Of a stretch of 24,000 bases of DNA, positions 16,894-23,025 are shown one piece after another. The stretch covers positions 40,202 through 64,201 of the forward strand of contig NZ_HG529388.1 of the NCBI RefSeq assembly GCF_000499525.1. The letters run 5' to 3'. Every line of letters begins with the position of its first letter. The stretch's first letter is position 1. Origin of the DNA: Faecalimicrobium dakarense (lineage in GTDB: Bacteria; Bacillota; Clostridia; Peptostreptococcales; Peptostreptococcaceae). Position numbers and translations under genes: made by a program. The notes beneath the pieces were generated by a model. The model did not search any database, was not told where the DNA came from, and saw only the letters and a program-made list of their open reading frames with translations.

Positions 16894-16925
16894 AAATGGA
16901 GGGCAATGCTCTCCATTTTTGTTTT
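16894..16925 (+). terminator. Rho-independent terminator of the deaminase cassette
   Basis: Stem 16894-16904 pairs with 16908-16918 (aaatggagggc / gctctccattt, one G-U pair) around a 3-nt loop. Followed by tttttgtttt. Confidence 0.85.
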
Positions 16926-16990
16926 ATTTAGAATATAAATTACAATATAGAGGAAAAATTTACTCAAGAGCAACTTGAGGAGGGAATGTA

Positions 16991-18232
16991 TTGGATAAAA
17001 AAGTTGTAAAGTTAGATTTAGCGTTAATGCTTAATAGCGCACTTATGGGCGCATTTGTAGGTCTTTTAACATGGATGTTTTTAGGGATTGTAAATATAGG
17101 TACACACTTTATATGGAACACTTTAAAAGATTTTTTTAATATAAAATATTGGACTTTAATAGTTGCAAGTATAGGTGGTATTTTAGTCGGAATCACTCAA
17201 AAATATTTTGGAGAATACCCAAAATATATGGACCAAACTTTAGAAGAATTTAAGAAAAATAAAAGAGTAGAGTATAAATCGTTAAAATATTCTATTATAG
17301 ATTCTCTAACAATACTATTATTTGGTGCAAGTGTTGGACCAGAGGCTGCACTATCAGGTATTGCAGGAGGCATAATTACCTTTGTTGGAGATAAAATGAA
17401 AGAACGATTTAGGAAAAAGAACGTTGTTAATGAGTATTCAGATGAACTAATAGAATGTAGTATGCAAGTTAGTGCAGGACTTATATTTAGAGCACCTTTA
17501 TTTGGACTATATACATTAAGTGAAAAAAGTTCAGAAAATACACATATAATAAAGAATATAAAAGTAATTGTTTATACTGTAACAACAATAGCTGGTTTTT
17601 TAGTATTTATGTTATTATCAGAATTTGATAATAGACCTTCATTTATAGTTAAATTTGGACAAAGTAATATTGGTTTTAAAGAGATTATTTGGTTTATACC
17701 ATTAATTATTATAGCTATGTTACTTGCATATATATACAAAATGTATGCTTTAGTACTACATAAAATATTAAAGCCTATTGAAAATAAAAAAATACTAAAA
17801 GGAATAATTGGAGGACTAGGGATAGGTATATTAGGAACTATTTTTCCTTGGACATTATTTTCTGGAGAACATGAATTAAGAGAGTTAGTGGTTGAGTGGA
17901 ATAATATATCTGCTTATATGCTTATCTTATTATCATTAGTAAAACTTTTATTAACAGAAATATGTTTATCAACAGGGCATAGAGGTGGACATATATTTCC
18001 TTTGATATTTTCTGGGAGTTGTCTAGCTTATGGATTGTCTAAGTTATTCTCTATAGATCCAGTTTTTTGTTTGTCTATAATAGTTACAGGTCTTGCAAGT
18101 AAGGCTATAGGAAATATGTTTGTAGCTATATTTTTATTGATATTTTTCTTTCCAATTAATACTATAGTACCAATGGTATTAGCCGCAGCTATAGGTAAAA
18201 TGATGAATGATATTGAAACTAAAGCAGTATAA
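16991..18232 (+). CDS. ClC-family (voltage-gated chloride channel-like) membrane protein
   Basis: 413 aa polytopic protein. GASVGPEAA resembles the ClC G(K/R)EGP motif and GGHIFPLIF the GxFxP motif. The GSGIP motif is not evident. TTG start at 16991 with a strong SD, GAGGAGGG at 16977-16984. Confidence 0.7.
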   Translation: MDKKVVKLDLALMLNSALMGAFVGLLTWMFLGIVNIGTHFIWNTLKDFFNIKYWTLIVASIGGILVGITQKYFGEYPKYMDQTLEEFKKNKRVEYKSLKYSIIDSLTILLFGASVGPEAALSGIAGGIITFVGDKMKERFRKKNVVNEYSDELIECSMQVSAGLIFRAPLFGLYTLSEKSSENTHIIKNIKVIVYTVTTIAGFLVFMLLSEFDNRPSFIVKFGQSNIGFKEIIWFIPLIIIAMLLAYIYKMYALVLHKILKPIENKKILKGIIGGLGIGILGTIFPWTLFSGEHELRELVVEWNNISAYMLILLSLVKLLLTEICLSTGHRGGHIFPLIFSGSCLAYGLSKLFSIDPVFCLSIIVTGLASKAIGNMFVAIFLLIFFFPINTIVPMVLAAAIGKMMNDIETKAV

Positions 18233-18302
18233 AAAAATTAAAGTATTAAGAAATAAATCTAGGGTTTTATTCCTGAGATTCGTCTCCAACATTGAAATCT
18301 AT

Positions 18303-18346
18303 AAATAGAAGTATTGATTTTTTAATCAATATCTCTATTTATTTTG
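18303..18346 (+). terminator. Rho-independent terminator after the ClC gene
   Basis: 17-nt arms aaatagaagtattgatt (18303-18319) / aatcaatatctctattt (18324-18340) with a central 2-nt mismatch, tttt loop, then attttgat. Confidence 0.65.
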
Positions 18347-18397
18347 ATAATATATTTAAAAGATAGATGAATCACAGAGTTAAAAAAATGAAAATAA

Positions 18398-18441
18398 TAG
18401 GTTAAACGTGTTGAATGATTTGTACAATTTAACCTATTAAA
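18398..18441. promoter_or_regulatory. Candidate enhancer (UAS) for a sigma-54 activator
   Basis: Inverted repeat TAGGTTAAA (18398-18406) / TTTAACCTA (18428-18436). Contains GGTTAAACG, GTACA (18422-18426) and CCTATTAAA (18433-18441). It lies 100-140 bp upstream of the -24 element. The same three words recur upstream of the second sigma-54 promoter. Confidence 0.5.
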
Positions 18442-18540
18442 TAATAAATAGTTAAAAAAATAAAATTAAATAATTGATGAAATTTAAGAGTATAAGCGTT
18501 ATAAAGGCGTTTCATATAAAAAATATCACTTTTTGTAAAT

Positions 18541-18556
18541 TGGCATGATTATTGCT
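18541..18556 (+). promoter_or_regulatory. Sigma-54 (-24/-12) promoter of ridA
   Basis: TGGCAT-gatta-TTGCT fits TGGCAC-N5-TTGCW with one mismatch. It lies 78 bp upstream of the ridA ATG. Confidence 0.7.
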
Positions 18557-18633
18557 TTATATAAAATAAAGAAATCTGAGAAATATCAGATGTATTAAAA
18601 TTTTACATAAACAGAAAGAAGGATGAATTTATA

Positions 18634-19005
18634 ATGAAAATACTTGAAACAACAAAAGCACCAGGAGCTATTGGACCTTACTCTCAAGGATATAAAATAG
18701 GAGATTTTGTATTTACATCAGGTCAAATACCAGTAAATCCAGAAGATGGATCTGTACCTACGGGGATATCATCACAGGCAGAACAAAGTTGTAAAAATGT
18801 TAAAGCTATATTAGAATCAGCAGGCGCTAATTTTGAACATGTATTTAAAACTACATGCTTTTTAGCTGATATGGCAGATTTTGCAGCTTTTAATGAGGTA
18901 TATGCAAAATACTTTATATCTAATCCAGCTCGTAGCTGTGTGGCAGTTAAAGAATTACCAAAAGGTGTGCTTTGTGAGATAGAAGCCATAGCTGTCATAA
19001 AATAA
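18634..19005 (+). CDS. ridA: RidA/YjgF/TdcF-family reactive enamine/imine deaminase
   Basis: 123 aa. Canonical APGAIGPYSQG...FTSGQIP N-terminus. Conserved Arg in NPARSCV. C-terminal LPKGVLCEIEAIA. Confidence 0.9.
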   Translation: MKILETTKAPGAIGPYSQGYKIGDFVFTSGQIPVNPEDGSVPTGISSQAEQSCKNVKAILESAGANFEHVFKTTCFLADMADFAAFNEVYAKYFISNPARSCVAVKELPKGVLCEIEAIAVIK

Positions 19006-19024
19006 TTTAATATTAATTATATAA

Positions 19025-19055
19025 ATAAGTCACTTTTTATAAGTGGCTTATTTTT
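19025..19055 (+). terminator. Rho-independent terminator of ridA
   Basis: Stem ataagtcactt (19025-19035) / aagtggcttat (19041-19051) with one G-U pair, 5-nt loop, then a T5 run. Confidence 0.8.
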
Positions 19056-19060
19056 ATTAA

Positions 19061-19183
19061 GCCAGACTACGGGAGGAAACCGAGATACGTGCAAATCAGG
19101 CCACTTGTTTTACAGAAGATGCAGATGAAGCTTTAAGCAGGGCGTTAGAATTAAATGCTAGTAATTCACTTGCTTTTAAATAG
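19061..19183 (+). pseudogene. Orphan 3' gene remnant, TPR-like C-terminus
   Basis: 40-codon open frame with no start codon: ARLREETEIRANQATCFTEDADEALSRALELNASNSLAFK*. The tail resembles a TPR repeat consensus. Local GC (gccagactacgggaggaaaccgagatacgtgc) is far above the surroundings. Confidence 0.3.
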
Positions 19184-19540
19184 GAATTATATAAACTGTA
19201 GATAGACACAATAAAACTGTACAAGAAAAGGTAAATTTAATTTCATGTACAGTTATTGATATAAATACTTTGTGCTTTTTTATTTTTTTATCTTCCGTAT
19301 AGCCATAGTCTATGAACTTTTAATGTTTTTTTCCATAGCCTTTACTTTTTTCACATATAATAATTCGTCTAAACTCAACATTACGATTTACATTTTCTAT
19401 TCCCGCTAAAATCAAGTATCATACTGGATTATGTGGCTGGAAAAATAAAAAAATCGATAGTAAAATATATATATAAACATAGTATTTGGAACAGCTTAGA
19501 GTACATTTTTCAACAATGAATGACATAATAATAATACCTA

Positions 19541-19569
19541 TTGACATTAAAGCCAGTCCAAGGTTTAAT
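19541..19569 (+). promoter_or_regulatory. Possible SigA-type promoter of the triple-RidA gene
   Basis: TTGACA at 19541-19546, 17-nt spacer, TTTAAT at 19564-19569. Confidence 0.4.
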
Positions 19570-19629
19570 ATTTAATTAGAGGGGTTTTAATAATTCTATC
19601 AATAAATATGGCAAAAGGGGAATATTATC

Positions 19630-20898
19630 ATGAATAACTATAACACAGTATTATCAAGAAACTCGGAAAATGTTATCAAAGACTCTGTATCTTCGCAAAC
19701 TGTAGCTTTCTCTCATTACAATAATCTTTCAGCTCAATTACCTATTGATCAAGAAACTGGTGAATTAGTAGCTGGTGGTGTAAAAGAGCAGGCCAAACAG
19801 TGCTTTGAAAACATCAAGTCAATTGTAGAAAGCATCGATCATGTTATGAATGATGTTGTTAGAATCACTGTATTCGTTAAGAATATAAAAGATATGGATG
19901 CTGTAGACGAAGTTTATAAAACGTTCTTCCCAAGCTATGTACCTACACGTACGGTAGTAGCAGTTGCAGCTTTACCTATGGATGCTTTAGTTCAAATTGA
20001 AGCACTTGTTTCAAACGCTGAAGGTACAATTCCAAACGCACCACAAGCAGGGGACATAATAAAGCTTACAAATAACACAGCAAATGCGCCAATAAGCTCT
20101 CTATCTTCACAAACTGTAGCTTTTTCTCATTACAATAATCTTTCAGCTCAATTACCTATAGATCCAAAATCAGGTAGAGTTGTAGCTGGTGGTGTAAAAG
20201 AGCAGGCTGGACAATGCTTAAAGAATATCAAGGCAATTTTAGAAAGTATCGACGTTCCTTTTGACGATATTGTTAAAATTAATATATTCCTTAAAAATAT
20301 TTCAGATATTGAAGCAGTAAACGAGGTTTATACAACATTCTTCCCAGACTCAGCTATCGCAAGGTCAGTAGCCTATGTACCTGCACGTACAGTAGTTGAG
20401 GCTTCAGCTTTACCTATGGATGCTTTGGTACAAATTGAAGCAGTAGTGTCACACGGAGATGGAACACCTCCACAAGCTGTTGAAGATAGGCATGGACTAA
20501 TTATAGAAGCAAACAATACGGAGAATGCACCAAAAAGTTCTCTACATACACAAACTGTAGCTTTCTCTCATTACAATCATCTTTCAGCTCAATTACCTTT
20601 AGATGCAAAAACTGGTGAAATGGTAGATGGTGGTGTAAAAGAACAGGCAAAGCAGTGCTTAAATAATATCAAGGCAATTATAGAAAGCGTTGACCACGTT
20701 ATGGACGATGTAGTTAAGGTAAACGTATTCCTTAAAAATATTGAAGATATGGACGCTGTAAACGAAGTTTACACAACATTCTTCCCAAGTGGTGCTCCTG
20801 CACGAAGAATAGTTGGGGTATCAGCTTTACCTAAAGATGCTTTAGTACAAATAGATGTAGTTGTATCAAATGCTGAAGGAACACCTCCAAAAGCATAA
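19630..20898 (+). CDS. Fusion protein of three tandem RidA/YjgF-family domains
   Basis: 422 aa. Three units each carry SxQTVAFSHYN(N/H)LSAQLP(I/L)D...GGVKEQA(K/G)QC...(A/S)ALP(M/K)DALVQI(E/D). The Arg equivalent to the RidA catalytic Arg is present in all three (PTRT, PARTV, PARRI). SD 'aagggg' upstream. Confidence 0.85.
   Translation: MNNYNTVLSRNSENVIKDSVSSQTVAFSHYNNLSAQLPIDQETGELVAGGVKEQAKQCFENIKSIVESIDHVMNDVVRITVFVKNIKDMDAVDEVYKTFFPSYVPTRTVVAVAALPMDALVQIEALVSNAEGTIPNAPQAGDIIKLTNNTANAPISSLSSQTVAFSHYNNLSAQLPIDPKSGRVVAGGVKEQAGQCLKNIKAILESIDVPFDDIVKINIFLKNISDIEAVNEVYTTFFPDSAIARSVAYVPARTVVEASALPMDALVQIEAVVSHGDGTPPQAVEDRHGLIIEANNTENAPKSSLHTQTVAFSHYNHLSAQLPLDAKTGEMVDGGVKEQAKQCLNNIKAIIESVDHVMDDVVKVNVFLKNIEDMDAVNEVYTTFFPSGAPARRIVGVSALPKDALVQIDVVVSNAEGTPPKA
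19696..20895 (+). repeat. Three intragenic tandem repeats of about 414 and 441 nt
   Basis: The word caaactgtagcttt(c/t)tctcattacaat recurs at 19696, 20110 and 20551. Long stretches are near-identical at the nucleotide level (for example tctttcagctcaattacct and ggtggtgtaaaaga(g/a)cagg). Confidence 0.85.
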
Positions 20899-20985
20899 CA
20901 TGCATTTGTTTGTAAATACAGGAACTATCAAAGTTACTTGTTAATGGCGAAGGTGAATGCGAAATCACATATCCTAATAGTAAAG

Positions 20986-21029
20986 AAAGGGAGCTTAAAA
21001 TATTTTTTAGCTCTCTTTTTTTATTTTTC
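20986..21029 (+). terminator. Rho-independent terminator of the triple-RidA gene
   Basis: 10-bp stem aaagggagct (20986-20995) / agctctcttt (21009-21018) with one G-U pair, 13-nt loop, long T-run to 21029. Confidence 0.65.
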
Positions 21030-21031
21030 GT

Positions 21032-21347
21032 TTATGCTAAGAACTTTATTATTGGACCTTGAGCCTTTTGATCTAACCATTTGAGCAGCTAATTTTTTAG
21101 CCTAAGCTTTTGAGCCACTGTGTGGGCGACCCTACCTTTATATTCTTCAAACTTCAAAGTACCAGAGCTTCTAATCATTGCTTGCTCTGCTATAATCCAT
21201 GTTCTACATATCTTTTTAACATCTTCACCAGTATCAAAATTGATGTTTTGATTTGAGGTAATAACGGAAGTTGAAGTTATTATCGATCTTTTTATGCCGC
21301 TGTAAATAATCGTGATAAACCTTATTTGATGAAAAGATAAATATCAT
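21032..21347 (-). pseudogene. Degenerate gene remnant of unidentified family, with frameshift and internal stop
   Basis: Minus-strand translation gives MIFIFSSNKVYHDYLQRHKKIDNNFNFRYYLKSKHQF*. In another frame it gives NQNINFDTGEDVKKICRTWIIAEQAMIRSSGTLKFEEYKGRVAHTVAQKLRLKN*LLKWLDQKAQGPIIKFLA*. The text is protein-like but broken. A local GC-rich patch (ccactgtgtgggcgaccctacc) is present. Confidence 0.3.
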
Positions 21348-21498
21348 TGTCACCTAACTTGTTCTACCAAATGTGAGAAAGTTGTCCAAAGAACGCAAAA
21401 TATATGAGATATATTTATATATCTATCTCGGTATCCCCCGAACTAGATTAGAAAATATATAAAATCTTTTTAATTTAGTCAAATAAAATAGATTTAAT

Positions 21499-21574
21499 GG
21501 GGTAAACAGTACACCTATTAAACCGATTTATTTTGTTTATGGGTTAAACGCATAAGAAAATTTATTAGGTTAAA
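21499..21574. promoter_or_regulatory. Candidate enhancer (UAS) for a sigma-54 activator, related to 18398-18441
   Basis: GGGGTAAAC-a-GTACA-CCTATTAAACC at 21499-21524, GGTTAAACG at 21542-21550 and GGTTAAA again at 21568-21574. It lies 100-175 bp upstream of the -24 element. Confidence 0.5.
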
Positions 21575-21675
21575 AAATCAGTTAAAGAATAATATTATTC
21601 ATTAAACTTAAAATAAAAAATATTTTTATTGAAATCTCAATAATTTTGACATATATAATATAAAAAAATAAATTT

Positions 21676-21691
21676 TGGCACACATATTGCT
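21676..21691 (+). promoter_or_regulatory. Sigma-54 (-24/-12) promoter of the C-S lyase gene
   Basis: TGGCAC-acata-TTGCT is a perfect match to TGGCAC-N5-TTGCW. The predicted TSS near 21702 makes the ATG at 21703 an unlikely start. Confidence 0.75.
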
Positions 21692-21735
21692 ATATATGTA
21701 AGATGGAATTTAAAAACACTGGAGGTATAGCAATT

Positions 21736-22905
21736 ATGAGTTATAATTTTGATGCTGTAATTGACAGAAGTAACAACTTTGCAGCAAAGTGGTCAGAAAT
21801 GGATAAAAAATATGGTACTAATGATCTTTTACCTATGTGGGTAGCAGATATGGATTTTAAAACAGCACCATGTATAATTGATGCTCTTAAAAGTAGATTA
21901 GAACAAGGTATCTACGGATACACAACTAGACCTGCATCATACAATGAATCTATAGCAAACTGGTCAAAGAGAAGATATGGATGGAATATAAAACCGGAAT
22001 GGTTAATATTTAGCCCTGGAGTTATTCCAACTATAAGTATACTAATACAAGAGATGACTAAAGAAAATGATAAAATAATGATACAAGAACCAGTTTACAG
22101 TCCATTTAATAGTGTTGTAAAACAGAATAAAAGAGAGCTTGTAATAAGTCCATTAATTAAATTAGAAGATGGAAATTATGTTATGGACTATGAAGATATA
22201 GAATCAAAAATTAAAGATGTTAAAATATTTATACTTTGTAATCCTCACAACCCAGTAGGTAGAGTTTGGACTAAAGAAGAGTTAAAAAAATTAGGGGATA
22301 TATGTATTAAGCACAACGTATTGGTAATATCAGATGAAATACACAGTGATATAATATTTAAAAATCATAAACATATCCCATTTGGTTCAATAAGTGATGA
22401 ATTTGCACAAAATAGTATAACTTGTATGGCTCCAACAAAAACATTTAATATAGCTGGACTTCAAACATCTCAAGTTATATTGCCAAATGAAGAACACTAC
22501 AAGATACTAGATGATGCTTTTATAAGATTAGATATAAGAAGAAATAATGCATTTAGCTTAGTGGCTACAGAGGCAGCTTACAATCATGGAGAAGATTGGT
22601 TAAATGAATATCTTGAATATATAGAAGGAAATATTGATTTTGCTATAAATTATATAAATGAAAATATACCATCTTTAAAAGTTAAAAAGCCAGAAGGAAC
22701 ATATTTATTATGGGTAGACTTTAGTGATACTGGATTAAGTGATGAAGAAATTACAAAAGCTTTAGTTGAAAAAGGTAAAGTAGCTTTAAATAGTGGAGAC
22801 TCTTTTGGTACTGGTGGAAAAGGTTATCAAAGAATAAATATTGCATGTCCAAGATCTATGGTTGAAGGTGGGTTAAATAGAATTAGAGAAGCTATAATGA
22901 GTTAA
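21736..22905 (+). CDS. PatB/MalY-type PLP-dependent C-S lyase (cystathionine beta-lyase-like aminotransferase class I/II)
   Basis: MSYNFDAVIDRSNNFAAKWSEM is the typical PatB/MalY N-terminus. The PLP-lysine context MAPTKTFNIAGL (family pattern SxSKxFNxAG) is present. GGAGG at 21721-21725 precedes the ATG at 21736. The listed ORF start at 21703 adds 11 atypical residues. Confidence 0.85.
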   Translation: MSYNFDAVIDRSNNFAAKWSEMDKKYGTNDLLPMWVADMDFKTAPCIIDALKSRLEQGIYGYTTRPASYNESIANWSKRRYGWNIKPEWLIFSPGVIPTISILIQEMTKENDKIMIQEPVYSPFNSVVKQNKRELVISPLIKLEDGNYVMDYEDIESKIKDVKIFILCNPHNPVGRVWTKEELKKLGDICIKHNVLVISDEIHSDIIFKNHKHIPFGSISDEFAQNSITCMAPTKTFNIAGLQTSQVILPNEEHYKILDDAFIRLDIRRNNAFSLVATEAAYNHGEDWLNEYLEYIEGNIDFAINYINENIPSLKVKKPEGTYLLWVDFSDTGLSDEEITKALVEKGKVALNSGDSFGTGGKGYQRINIACPRSMVEGGLNRIREAIMS

Positions 22906-22907
22906 CC

Positions 22908-22941
22908 ATAATCTAGCTTAAATTTATTTAAGCTAGATTAT
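22908..22941. terminator. Perfect 16-bp-stem hairpin after the C-S lyase gene, no U-tract
   Basis: ataatctagcttaaat (22908-22923) and atttaagctagattat (22926-22941) are exact reverse complements. No T-run follows on the + strand, so its function as an intrinsic terminator is uncertain. Confidence 0.45.
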
Positions 22942-22949
22942 AATAATCT

Positions 22950-22963
22950 TGAAAACGTTATCG
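22950..22963 (+). promoter_or_regulatory. cre-like (CcpA) site upstream of the NhaC-family gene
   Basis: TGAAAACGTTATCG matches 13 of 14 positions of the Gram-positive cre consensus TGWAANCGNTNWCA. The core GAAAACGTTATC is close to the clostridial GAAAANGTTTTC. Confidence 0.35.
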
Positions 22964-23025
22964 AAAATATTTATAAAACAATTAAAAAATATTTTAAATA
23001 GAATAAAAATGGGTGGAGAGCTAAT

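Noticed and set aside
16894-16990. Possible fluoride (crcB-motif) riboswitch upstream of the ClC-family gene, since 'GGAGGGCAATGCTCTCC' superficially resembles GGCGATG...CC
   Set aside because: The downstream conserved elements of the crcB motif (AAC.GCC..., GCUGAUGAU.CCUAC, pseudoknot partner) are absent. The hairpin followed by a T-run is fully explained as the terminator of the upstream cassette.
16704-17196. Minus-strand ORFs 16704..16973 and 16960..17196
   Set aside because: They overlap the + strand 102-aa gene, its terminator and the ClC gene start. Their sequence is I/F/L-rich and low-complexity. The + strand alternatives have strong SDs and a terminator.
18723-18998. Minus-strand 91-aa ORF inside ridA
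   Set aside because: It is antisense to a canonical RidA coding sequence.
19066-19078. 'ctacgggagg' resembles the conserved 16S rRNA 341 region (CCTACGGGAGGCAGCAG)
   Set aside because: Only about 10 nt match and the flanks do not continue the rRNA sequence. I treat it as a chance similarity inside a gene remnant.
21703-21735. ATG 21703 as start of the C-S lyase (ORF-track start)
   Set aside because: It has no SD and coincides with the predicted sigma-54 TSS. The ATG at 21736 is preceded by GGAGG and yields the family-typical N-terminus MSYNFDAVIDR.
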